Of a DNA stretch of 64,000 nt, positions 39,401 to 52,100 are shown in pieces. The DNA comes from Catajapyx aquilonaris (lineage: Eukaryota): assembly GCA_000934665.2 (NCBI GenBank), contig KZ538281.1, positions 1 to 64,000 on the forward strand, written 5' to 3'. Both the position numbers and the translations under genes were made by a program. Numbering within the stretch: position 1 is the first letter of the stretch; every line of letters starts with the position of its first letter. A model generated the notes under the pieces. It had not been told where the DNA came from. It searched no databases and saw only the letters and a list, made by a program, of their open reading frames with translations.

Positions 39401-40275
39401 ATCAACATTTAAGGCAGTTTTTTTTTCCCCCGCACTGGTCCAGAGTCCGCAGCCAAAATGCTATTATTGTTATTTCCACCACCATTTGCACATCGAGCGG
39501 GTTGCAAAAATTGTCCAAAAATTTTTTTTTTGGTCACGCTCGTCTCACCGATGAGTACAGATCCCAGGATCTCAAAGATGGTTCCAACGATGCAGGCCTG
39601 GCGAACAGTCAGCACCTTGGAGCCAACGCTGGTGCCGAAAGAGTTGGCGCAGTCATTGGCGCCGATGCCAAAGGCCACCACAAACGAGATGATGAAGCCC
39701 ACCACCACAATCCACAACACATCAGGTGACATGGGCTCCATGGTTGGTTTTAAGTCAATAAAAAGGTGTTTTTTTTTTTAAATATAAATTTAAGGATGGT
39801 AAAAACCAAAATGGACGGAAAAAAACTAAGTACAGGAAAAAATAAGTACTACAAGGGAAAAAAAAGGAGGGTGACTAGGAAGAGGGATTTTGCCCAGAGG
39901 TCAGCAGATCAGGCTGATCCCAGTCCTACAGGTGTCTGCAGGTAGGTGCTGGCACCGTGGTTGATTCCGTTGGGACACCATGTTCTGGCAAACCTGCACC
40001 CCCAAAATAAAGAAATAGATTTTGTTAAGAACCAACTCACCGATAAGAGATGCTCCGAGCAGCTCAAACACCGATGCGAGTATGCAAGCAGCTTTGAGGC
40101 TGATGACCCCCGACCCAACACTGGTCCCAAATGCGTTTGCAACGTCGTTTGCGCCTATGCCAAACGACAGCAGAAAAGCCAGGAGGAAACCGCACACTAG
40201 TATGGCCAACACACTTGACTGCCATACCGGTAGCCAATCTGGATTTGAGGTAGTCACTGCAGTGGTCAGGTCCAT
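33402..40275 (-). CDS. SLC20A1: Sodium-dependent phosphate transporter, SLC20/PiT family
   Basis: First coding exon is either 40275-40041 or 39741-39549, followed by 38768-38670, 37687-37544, 36958-36776, 36488-36369, 35640-35329, 35179-35115, 34484-34342, 34249-34064, 33781-33629, 33507-33402 (TAG). Motifs FGIGAND(V/C)[69 protein letters not shown] and [13 protein letters not shown]. The invertebrate gene is probably co-orthologous to SLC20A1/2. Confidence 0.95.
39549..39741 (-). CDS. SLC20 alternative first coding exon B
   Basis: [65 protein letters not shown], phase-1 donor GTGAGA. Confidence 0.85.
40041..40275 (-). CDS. SLC20 alternative first coding exon A
   Basis: [79 protein letters not shown], phase-1 donor GTGAGT. 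Confidence 0.85.
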
Positions 40276-43200
40276 TGCTTTTTTTGAATTTCTCTCGCTC
40301 TCTCTCGCTTTTAAAATATGTTCAGTCCGGTGTCGACATGAACCCCGCACAAGAAAAACAGAACCGGTCTGCAGACAGGCTGATTGCCAACTGAACTCTG
40401 GGTCCTGACTACTGCTAACACGTGACTTTGAAACTATTTATCTCATGGCTCCTCTGCACCCCGCCAAACCCTCCACCACTACTTTCCCCGGGGGCCATGC
40501 AGGATTGCCAGGCTTATTCTCTGTATCTCACAATAATTGATGGGGGATCACACTCAATGAATGGTTTGATTGTTATCAAGCGCAAAAATTCTATGTAATA
40601 ATTATGCGGAACTCTATCGGCTTGCTTCGAAACGTGTATTGACGCAATTGTAGCGTCACATCAGGCGAAGACATGATTGATATCAAATTAGAATGGGTGC
40701 AAACAACATATTAACGTTTGCCAAGTTTTGTCTGGCAGGTGCCGCAGCAGCAGAATAGTTTGTCACAATGCCACATAATGCTCGGTATTTCCAGCATCGG
40801 TTCAAAATTTTCTGGATTCAACCCAATGATTATTATGCACAGTTGCTTTGTGTACGTACTACAAAAATTGATTTTCCAGTTTGAAAAGCCAGCATCGCAT
40901 CGGTTCCAAGTTTATTAGTATTACGCAATGTCCTACAAATATTCTACGTACATTATGTGCCGCAACTAGTGAATTTTTACAAGAAATGTAAAAATTTACT
41001 GATTGCGGCACTTGAACGTAATGGACAAAGTGCATACAATTTTTTTGGCGAACTCGGGATAGTACTAATAAACTTTTCTGTTAAATCCATAACTGATCAA
41101 GTGACCGTTGCGGACAGGTACATGCTGGTGAATGGCAATAATAACACATTGCCGTCAATTCAACCTGGGCATTGACTCTCCCCGAGCAATAGCATCTAAT
41201 TATAACGTCAATTCGGTTGCCTTTGAACCTGCTGACTGCAATTAATGAGTTCAAATGAGTTTGACAATTCTGGCCAATTCAGCGCATCGCACTTTGGAAA
41301 AAAAAACGTGCAGTGCAATTGAATTACGGCGTGTAAAAAAAAAAATCCAATTGGAATTTCCACCAAAAGCTGGGCTCGGATTGACCAACCACAACTTTGC
41401 TTCTGAAGGTAGATAAGACGGACAATAAACATTTACTCAATTGGATACAGAGTCCTTCGGAGATTATGAATGGTGAGCCAATGATGCATCACTGTGGCTT
41501 CCGTGAACTCTCTCTCTCTCACACACACAATCCAACCCCAATATGTTATCAGTTGGTATTTGGAAATCGTAGTCTTGTCTTTAAAAATTTCCGACTGGGC
41601 ATCTATAGGGTCCAAGGATTTGTGCAGTCGACCCTACACATTACGCAACAGGTCGCGTCACGTCCTTAATTTTTTTTACGCTGTCAATTCCACAAGTGGG
41701 GTAGGAAGCGACCAATCTGTCAGTCAAGGTTGGTATGCGGAACAAAAAAGATTTATTATCATGCAGTTCAATAACGCATGGGAGTTCAATTACCAGGTAA
41801 GAAGTTGCGCAATACATCTGCATAATTATTATTAATATTCAAGATTAGACTCCAAAGATCATGAATTTTTACCATTTCTCTTTGCGTGTAACGAGTGCTG
41901 CTGCTTACGACTAAAATTGACAATTGTCAATAAATTATAATTATATGAATTACACGGCGGAGTTTTCACGGCGTTAACTCCAATGAAATTGAATTTCAAA
42001 TTACACGAGTGTTACAAGATAGACTAAGTCCCAATGAATCTAACAAATTGTTACAAGTCCCTTCTATAGGTTGTAGGTCATGGTTCAATACCTGACGAAA
42101 GGGGACTCTCAACCTCACGAACCATGCGCATGCACTTATCATAATGACAAAATCACTGTTGTCAATCACGACCATCAGGACAAAAGGCAATTGTCCCAAT
42201 GTAGGTTTTTTTTTTTTTTTTGCAATGCGTCAAATCCTGGTAATATTGCGTTCAAAGTCTAACCGAGCAAAACCAGTATATGTCGGGTGAGCTTGAGTGA
42301 GGAAAAGGCTGACTCATCTTCAATATCACTGATCACGTTCGGAGTAACGAACTGAGACAAGACACACTCACATTACGAGATAGAAAAAAAAAAGTGATGA
42401 AGTTACAAAGTAAGAGAGAGACTTTTGAGAGGTGATTGGCGGCAATGTGGCGAGAATTTAATTAGCCTGCCAATCCCTCACACACTCAAGGTCTAGGTCA
42501 TGCGCCTTGTCCGTGGAAACTATATCTTCAAAAAAAGGTACAGGATCACACACACTGATAAAGAGAAACCAATGTACAGGGTGTTTAATTACGAGCCAAG
42601 CAAACTTGACAGGATGTCCCATTAAATTACTTGCAAATATTAGTGACTCGTGAAGCTAATTAGGGCAAAATTTATACGTGATGGTAACAGGTTGCCACGA
42701 AAAACCAAACATGGGCAAAAAAACAACTTTGCATTTTATAATAATATATATATTTGGGCACTATGCTTCAGTTTAAGCAGTTATAGTTGCTAATAAGTCG
42801 TTGATTCAATTATAACATTTTTTAAATCATACGCTTCAAAATAAACAGCTGATAGACAATTCGCTAATTATTATGGTCATATCTGAAGATAAATGCATTC
42901 AAATTATTAAATGTAACTTGTCTGAGCTCCAAGCGGCCGTTCACTTTAAAAAAATGTAAAGTTAAATTCTGGTTTACAGTATATTACGTAAAAATTACAT
43001 CACATTATTTCATTCACACACAGTAATGTAACACAGTTTATCATTTATCTTCATTATGTACACAACAAGATCAGAGTGAAAAATGTTGCAATTTTTTGTA
43101 GTTATTAAACCTAATTTTCTAAGCAACGGTGTTTCACAGACACCTAATAATCACACCCTCTACAAAAAAATAATCTGTCTGGAGCCCACTAATCTCAACC

Positions 43201-44255
43201 TAGAAGTTTGTCAGACTCATTACGACACACCCTGTGTATAACGGTGCTAAAAATTGATAAGCGCGCTTTGCTGGACTTTGGTCAGCTGTTATAATCTTTT
43301 AGACAACAATTACAGCATCATTCAGACCAGGCGTGGGGCAGCCGACTTTTTTAATTAGGTTCCATGAAGTTAATTGCGATATGTGGGAACCAATTTGGCA
43401 TGATGTACTACAGGGGGGGGGGGGGGGCCTCGTTGCATCACAAAAGTTACGTCATTTGTTGCAAATGTATTATTTTAAAGCGTATGAACTTATGCATCTG
43501 TTGCAATTTACAGCCAGCAAAATGTTTCAAGGTACATGAATTATTTAATGTACAAGTGTTATCGCAATTTTAACGCCATGGAAAAAAATGCGCCGTTTCT
43601 GGTACCCTAAAAATACATTAAGATGTAGCACTACCGTACCTAATAAAAAGGGTATGAAACTATCCTACAAGTCATAGCGAGTAAAAAAACATATCAGGTA
43701 ATAATCAATGTTTAATATTTAAAAAAACTGATTAGTCAAATGTTTAAAAAAATTTGGTGTCCTCCACTGGGCTCGGTTGCTGGGACGAACAATCTGCTAT
43801 AATTACTGAATCTAATTACAGCCATTGTTCATTAAGATGTACTAGTGTGCAACCGGCAGCAAAGATACGTTCTCACGGAAAAATAACGGGCCACTGACCA
43901 CTGATATCGCGAAAAAAAAAATTATGCCTCCTCATGTGTCCTGCACGTGTGACAAAAAAAAACAGGTTTCACATGGCTTTTTAAAAAAAATGGCAAAGTA
44001 AATGCACATTAAGGAGAAAATCAACTGTACTAGTTGCACTGTACTGTGCAAAAAAAAAAATGCAACGTATATCCTGCACTTCTAAACCGGTTTTGAGCGG
44101 AATTGTCCGTTTCGCGGAAAAAGTTTTCTGCGAAAAATCAGGGTGTCGTAACGTCACAAAATAATGAATTTAAAAAAAATTTAACCGGATAATTATGTGC
44201 ATATTAGAGCCGGCTGTATGAAAGCAAGGAAAAAAAATATTCGTTAAATATAATA

Positions 44256-44345
44256 CACTCTAAGAAATGTCCGGGTTAAATAACCATGACAAAAGTGATC
44301 TTTTTTCCGGGATAAATACATTTAACCCGGACATTTCTTAGAGTG
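44256..44345. mobile_element. 90-bp CACT-terminated (CMC/EnSpm-like) mini-element with TA flanks, nested in a larger inverted-repeat element (about 44179-44452)
   Basis: TIR cactctaagaaatgtccgggttaaat / atttaacccggacatttcttagagtg. Outer arms atttaaccggataatta..gccggctgtatgaaag / ctttcatacaaccggc..taattttccggttaaat. Confidence 0.75.
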
Positions 44346-44647
44346 TACACTTGCGGTTAACATGTTTTTTTCCCTAATGTACCCAATTATTTCATGCAAA
44401 AGTATGATAATAATGACTTTCATACAACCGGCCATTAATTTTCCGGTTAAATCGGGCCTTGAATTTTCCACGTGTACTTATCATAATTATATATATTGAC
44501 TTGATTCGCCTATAAGTAACATCTAATCGCCACTAAGATAAAAACCGAAACAAACTTTGAAGTACATACGCCAACATTCACTGCAAATTGCGATTCCAAT
44601 GAACGTCAACAAAAGCCGTCAGAAAATGTGACGAGTACATTTCATAC

Positions 44648-44905
44648 CTGAGCACGTGCCCCATTATTACATAACCGGAATCGCAATAATAATAATAATA
44701 ATAATAATAATTCGCAAACACACGCCACTGATCCTGTCGAAAGAGAGAGAGAGAAAAAAAATGTCGCCATATTATAACTCACCCTGTATATAGGAAAGCT
44801 CGTCCAGTGTCTTGTGTCGGAAGTTGGCGACTGGCAAAATGGCAATGTGGACGTCTGCTGATATATAAAAGCTCGTGTGTGTGTGTGTGTGTGACGTCAC
44901 GTGAC
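44648..44905 (-). promoter_or_regulatory. Candidate distal promoter and non-coding first exon of the SLC20 gene
   Basis: Overlapping CRE/E-box palindrome GTGACGTCACGTGAC (44891-44905), TATA-like ATATATAAAA (44861-44870), a CAGT Inr-like motif near 44832 on the minus strand, and donor CAG|GTATGA at 44648/44647. No transcript evidence; the TATA also reads well on the plus strand. Confidence 0.4.
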
Positions 44906-45359
44906 TCTCTGACAAATCACTTGTGACCTCATCACCTTCCCCCTCCCTCCCCTAGACATATCCTCAAGGACCTTTCATATTACAGGAGGACAATTACTCA
45001 ATCAGATTTTTTTTGCAATATCTATTTTTTTTGCAAGCCAAACTATGTCGATGGTCACGCGACACATGTGAGGTCCATGTGCTTGTCACGTGGGTCAAAT
45101 GCGCCATTTTTTTTTTTTAACTGTCTCATGCTCCAGTCGCCATTACCCGTTCGTTAAACTTGTGCGCACAAAACGGCACGAGTGGCAGATGAGGTCTACT
45201 TAAGGGTTAATTGCGCCACATAGGGACACTCATTAACCTCAATTAGGAGCAGTGGCCTAACTATATAGGCCGCATAGTTCGAATGAGGCATTTTTTTTTT
45301 TGTAGCATTACATGAGCATCAGCGTATACAACTTCCGTGTACTGTACAAGTACTTGTAT

Positions 45360-46160
45360 AACAAATTCCGCAAAAAAATGTATTACCGTATATTACGTAC
45401 CTGATGTATTATTAATAAAAATAATAACGATCGACACACAGTCTGTCAACAGAATTACGAAAAAAATTAAGTATACGATAAGTACACGATAATTAATAAA
45501 AATAATAACGATCGACACACATTTTGCCAACAGAATTTCGCAAAAATTAAGTATACGATAACGATAATTAATAAAAATAATAACGATCATACACATTTTG
45601 CCAACAGAGTTCCGCAATAAAATATGTATACGATAAGTACACGATAGTTAATTAAAATAATAATGATCGACACACAGTGTGTCAACAGAATTCCGCACAA
45701 AAATATGTATACGATAAGTACACGATAATTAATAAAAATAATAACGATCATACAGTTTGTCAACAGAATTCCGCAAAAAAAAATGTATACGATAAGTACA
45801 CGATAATTAATAAAAATAATGACGATCGACACACAGTTTGCCAACAGAATTCCGCAAAAAATTAAGCATACGATAAGTACACGATAATTAATAAAAATAA
45901 CAACGATCGACACACAGTTTGTCAACAGAATTCCGCAAAAAAATGTATACGATAAGTACACGATAATTAATAAAAATAATAACGATCATACACAGTTTGT
46001 CAACAGAATTCCGCAAAAAATATGTATACGATAAGTACACGATAATTATTAAAAATAATAACGATCGACACAGTTTGTCAACAGAATTCCGCAAAAAATT
46101 AAGTATACGATAAGTACACCATAATTAATAAAAAATAATAACGATAATACAGTTTGCCAA
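45360..46160. repeat. About 75-bp minisatellite, about 10 units
   Basis: tatacgataagtacacgataattaataaaaataataacgatcgacacacagtttgtcaacagaattccgcaaaaaa repeated. Confidence 0.95.
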
Positions 46161-47029
46161 GTATAAATTGCAATTTTGACTATGGTGCTTTTTTTAAGCA
46201 GTTACTTTGGAACATGGACGTTTACGAGTTATCAAAAAAATATTAGCGATGGGATTAGGTTTAATGGAAAAAACAGTTATAAAGTTTATCCATCAATTAT
46301 ATTAACAACATATTATTTCGATAATATCTGCATGTCACTGATTGGGGTAACTGCTTTAAAAAAAACAACACCTTAATGCATTTTTAAGCAAGTCCAGTGA
46401 TCGCGTCTCGAGCGCGTCTAATTCTCTTATCATGTTGAAAACCAGACGTTAACTACTGGGGTTGCATGAACGACACACGTGCACTTTAAAAAAAAAAAAA
46501 ATCAGTTGGATGCATTCCTCCAGGGGATGAATCCTAATTAATCTGAATAGCTGGCGGGCATTACAGTTATAAATAATTGAACAGACCAAGTTCCTACTTG
46601 AATTTTATAAATTATATTCCCGCCTCATTGCATCTCAATTTGAAGGTCATGAACAGGATACCCCAATGCGATAGTGCAATGCTAAGTTTTGATAAAAGTG
46701 ATTCGTATGCACACTGCCACATGTGTGTGTAACACAGTTTTATATATGTAATTCATGCACATCTGACCTCTGGCGAATTTGAGGCACGTGACTCAGTTTA
46801 AACCTGTAAAACAGCAATGGCGGAATTAACTTAAACGAGCCCTCAAATTGGGTAAAATTTAAAATAAGAATTTAAAACAGAAGTTTAATATATTGTATGA
46901 TAACACATATTTAACCACACTGTTCAGTAATTTTTCAGGAAGGTACAGGCAAAATGGTCGGTTTTCAATTTTCCAACTATCTACCAATAAATAGCACAAT
47001 TTCACACCGCTGACAGGGAGCATATACTA

Positions 47030-47465
47030 CATAAGAGGCGCAAACATTCGATTTCCGCGTCTCTCTGTTTGGGGCGTTGCCAAGGCTGGCGGCCATCTTG
47101 AAGTGTGTGGAACGCCAACGAGGCAAAAATAGGGTTCAGGCAAAAATAGGGTCCGCCATCTTTGATTCGCGCGTGTTCTTGCCGTGTAGTTGCCATGGCC
47201 GCCAAAACCATGGTTTTGGCGGCCATGGCAACTACACGGCCATCTTTAAGTGTGGGGAACGCCAACGAGGTATAAATAGGGTACAGGCAAAAATAGGGCC
47301 CGCCATCTTTGATGCATCAAAGATGGCGGGCCCTATTTTTGCCTGTACCCTATTTATACCTTGTTGGCGGTCCCCACACTTCAAGATGGCCGCCAGCCTT
47401 GGCAACGGTCCCAAACAGAGAGACGCGAACATCAAAGACGCCTACAGAAGTTTGCGCCTCTTATG
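47030..47465. mobile_element. Palindromic MITE family D, copy 3, with internal duplication
   Basis: cataagaggcgcaaac...gtttgcgcctcttatg; flanks tatacta / tatagta may be a 7-bp TSD. Confidence 0.9.
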
Positions 47466-48937
47466 TATAGTATATATGCTCCCTGCTGCTGAATTCATTA
47501 CTCCAGTGATTTTTTTCAGGATGATAGTTACATTAGTGTAGCAAAATTAGTCGATTTTTTTAAATTTTCCAATAATTATCTACTTGCTACTTACTAATAA
47601 ACACGCAAAACCTGAGTTAGGGAATATATTTCAGCTACCTACAGGCCAGGATATTGCGACCCACTTAATATGTTGTTTCGCCTTGAATAGTGCAAACGCT
47701 TACGTTTGTGTGTGTAACATCACACCGCAATTTGCGTCAGCTACAAGTGTCCTTTTTTTCCCCCCCACATTAGTTTCTGCGTAACGGTTAAATTAGCGTA
47801 TCGTTTCGCTTCCAGAACGTTCCCTAAATTATGCTGTAACGACAGAAAAGAGGAAGGATATGGCCCCCAGACATTTGCGACGCCATGTTTCTGCGGGTAC
47901 ACATCCGAAAGAAAGAGAGAGAAAAATTAATAATTACGCTTTTGTAACAAATTGACCTTGCCCTGTATGCCTTTTCTTACCCTTGATATGTGAGTGGCCA
48001 TAAAAATGCGGCTGAAGAGGCAATTTTATCACCCTGTATATCGTGAGAACAGTATGCATCCGTACAGCTGAATGTCTCTCTCGGATCTGTAACCTGACAC
48101 TAGTTCATCGCCTGGAATTAAGCGGACAGCCTGATATAAGAGTGCGTTACGTACATCAGGAAAAGATCAGTCCGACACCAGCACTCCTGTTGCTATAAGC
48201 TCAGGTTCTCATATAGCGACTATCGCTCTATATAATTAGTTAACGCACCTACACTCGAGAAGCTCGGACAACGTTGACAGATTCACTCCCAAGGAGACAC
48301 CCATACCATTAGATGTTTGGCAACATCGCAAATGCCAGCCATATCGTAGCGTTGGAAATAAGTGCAGAGAACTTACCAACTTTCATTGATAATTCCAACC
48401 GTGTAAGCTGCGCGAGCTGTATGCGCGTTTGGAAAAGAAAAATTAATTTCGACACATATTCAAATTATTGTTGGAATGACATAGCACACGTTTTAATTAG
48501 TGTTCATGTCTCAATAAAATTCCTGACCAGTCTAACAGCGGAATTACAGTGAAGCAACTATAGGCGTGCTGCTTATAGCTTTAAGCATTTCTTAACACCC
48601 CCCCCCCCCTGATTACAAGAGTGATTAACATGACTTAACCAATTGGTACACGACTATATTTAGTCAGCCATTACCGGACAAGCCGCTTGAGTCGATTAAG
48701 CCTAACAATTAATTCGCTAATTATAATTAATCATACGCAGAATTCACAATCCGTGACTCATCACCTATAGGTAGTAGTTACCATAACTTTCACTTTCCCC
48801 GTTAATATCAGACAGAGTAATATGGCGCCCTGGTGGACTTTGTCCGCTTCGTGACTCATCACCAACGTGCCCCCATGGGCAGTGTTGTCGAAATTTGGCT
48901 AGTTCAGTATTTACCACCAGTTAATAATAATAACTAT

Positions 48938-49157
48938 GGGCCGAATTCAGAGAGGTTGCTTAACGTAAACGCGCCCGATTAAATCATTTAGTCAGCCTCG
49001 ATTAGCAAATTTAATCAACCTTGCTAATACAAAGACGGCGATTAGCGCTAAACGCCCCCTAATCGCACTTGCTAGCACTTTTAAATTTGCTAATCGAGGA
49101 TGACTAAAGGATTTAATCGGGCGCGTTTACGTTAAGCAACCTCTCTGAATTCGGCCC
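48938..49157. mobile_element. PIF/Harbinger (Tourist-like) MITE, 220 bp, near-perfect palindrome
   Basis: gggccgaattcagagaggttgcttaacgtaaacgcgcccgattaaatc... is inverted to ...gatttaatcgggcgcgtttacgttaagcaacctctctgaattcggccc; 3-bp TSD TAT/TAT. A partial end is also present at about 53878-53908. Confidence 0.85.
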
Positions 49158-52100
49158 TATTTCTCTAGCTGAGAGCTCTGGAAAGAGTGAACAACACGCA
49201 ATTTGGTCCCATAAGAAATTTTGGACAATGAGCAGCCGGTTTTAAAATAGAAGCAACAATCACACGTGATTATACTTGGGGTGTGCACCACCCTGTAGGT
49301 AGATGTCAGATTATAAACTGAAATAAACTGGAGGAGGTACGTACAAGGCTTGCCAACCTCAACAATCCGGAACCTTTGACCCCCTCCCCCCTCCCGGTTG
49401 GAAATAAACTTACGAGTTGCACAAATCCGCGAGAGATAAGACTTAAACCCGTGTCGATTATACCTGTTGGCTGGAGTCCAATCCCCCAGATCTCTACGAA
49501 GCACAGGAGTGTATGTGTGTCTGGCTACACGTGCACTGCTATCCTACACACCACATTGAAGGGCATGTGAGCGACGTGTGCGCGACCAAATGTTGTTGTG
49601 CGCGCGCAGCATATGTCCAGAAATAAACCTCCCCAACCCTAATTGCAGGTAGATTAATGTCCGGCCGAGTCATACTCAGAGAAATGTGTGCGAAACGTTC
49701 GACCTTGGCGCAAAAAAAAAAATCTGAAGCAGGGCAATAGGTCACAGGAACCAGGTTTTTAGTATTTAATGGGGGCAATTGCATTACTAAAAATAAATCC
49801 GTCGCGAATAAGCACCCACAAAAAAAAAATCGCATTAATTTGGCTGACACATCAACTAGCCTGCAAAATGTCCAATACATTTTATATACAGATGCGATAA
49901 CTTTCGGACTTTTGTACCGATCAGTGTGTTTTATATTTTCTGCAATCTACGCGACTTTGTATATAAGCTTGTTGACATTTGCACTCTCCCGGGGTAATGT
50001 AATTCGATGTGACGTTCACAATTTTTGCTTTCTCGTTATATACACGCCTGATAAAATGTAACATGACACATGCCTCAATGAATCTGCCATATCATAAAAC
50101 TGTGAGCTTCTGTTTATCAAAACGAACTTTAGAATTTAAGCTCATTTGCACGTGGCTTCTAAAGTTCTCTAGCGAGCAATTATTATTTAAGAAGTGTACG
50201 GTACTGTATGAGTCATTATTTGCACTTCCAACGGCATAACTGTTAAAAATTGATAGCTCAATAATTATCACCAAAATCTTGATTCAGCTGGAATTTACAA
50301 GCTATAGCTACGATATCAATTGTCATAACTTCCGTCGCACTGTACTCACGCCATGTCAGCAATTACACAACATGGGATGTCTTCACAGTTATACACACCT
50401 ACTAACCCATATCAGTCACCAATTTTTGAGAAAACTAGCTTAAAATCGGAGCTGTCAAAAAAAAATTCAACAATTATATGGTACTTATTACTAACTAGTG
50501 ACACTGTTGCCAAAATTTGGCAAAAATTACATAAAAGTAAGGCGACTTTAATGAGATGGCCCGCCGATTTACCATGCAGTACTATTTTTCACGGATAGAT
50601 GGCGCACCCAGTCTGCACACACCTGCCACTCTCAGATCGTGCGAGAATTGATCGAAACTATCAGGTCGGACAAACATCTGACAGAGAGAATAAGACTTTT
50701 AGGAGAAAGATTTTTGTATTGTGAGTATGAGCAGCTTTGGTGCGAAAATATTAGCGTTGGGTTTCTTCACGTTTCTTTTTTAAAAAAACTGACCGTTACG
50801 TTTGTTGACATACTCATAACTTGAAGTGTATACATCTGATTATCAGCTACTCAGAATGTAGCGTAATCACTTTCTGCATTAGGAAGCTTTTAAGCCTATG
50901 TCAAGTGTTGTCCTGATGACGACAGACTACAATTTATTTTTCCAGAAGTTAAAAAGTGTTTCACTATACATATGAAATTCAAACTGAGCAGCTGCATTAC
51001 ATCCGTCGAAATACTGTACTGAACAGCACATAAAGACGCAAGTATATCCCATCGCCGGAACAAAAGAAAAAGGTTGAAGGCCACACGTTATACATTTCCA
51101 TCACATATGTGTACATGTTGCGCAATCTTCCCCCGCAATAATTGCAAAGTGTATTGAATGTCTAATACGTGTGCGGTTCTTCCCAAGTTTTTGGGCGCCA
51201 ACACTTTGACCCCTGGAGTCAAGCCATACATCATATCATCTAACTACCGGTCACATGACTGACCCAGTGACGTATCTATAGTCTTATCTCACTGAGCTAT
51301 CAATGTACTACCGGTATTGCACATTTAAAAAAAAAATATGCAAAACCGGAGTTTAGCTGTAACGACCAGAAAAAAAGTACTTTTCAGAAGCATTAAAAAT
51401 AGAGCTCTTGACTTATGCATTCATCTCAGGATTATATATCGTCCTCTACCTGTACTCTCTAGTCGTCGACTATATTTATAGTCGGCTCCAGTGCGTAGTG
51501 ATTTATGTCATGAGTGACGGTAACCGGCGTCTATCATACAGAGTGTTCCGAGAAAAAAAAATGGTGTCTGGTTTAGTTAGCAATCCATTACACGTGCACT
51601 TTCCTCTTACTTGTATTGCTAATATTAGGCCCGAATTGAATCATCCGTCCAGAAAATTTCTGGCAAAATAGCAAATTGGATCTATTCGCATCAAAGGTCA
51701 TTCAGCCCTCTCTCTCTCTCTTTTTCTGCATTAAGATGCACCTGCAGGTGTTTCAAGGGGAAAAAAACCCTAATATCAGCAGTCCAAAAATGTGCAAATT
51801 ATATTCGCCATACATGAGTTGCATAACGGTAACTGCAACGATTCCATGAAATGTTGTTGAACGCCATCTAACTTCAGATATGACATTGGCAGATTTTTGT
51901 GGCCAGCCAAATCATGGGGAAAGGAGGTGTTTGATTATAGCATTTCATTCACGTGAATTCACACACAAAAGAGCGGCAGCTGTTTACGCGATTTTTTTTT
52001 GCGAATACTGCCGGTTTGTGCCAAACGTTTTTTAATGGTATGCCACGAACATTCACATAAATTTTGGCCATTTTCTGCGTAAATTTTAACAATACCCAAA

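Noticed and set aside
45393..46094. Hydrophobic repeat ORFs
   Set aside because: Translations of the ~75-bp AT-rich minisatellite.
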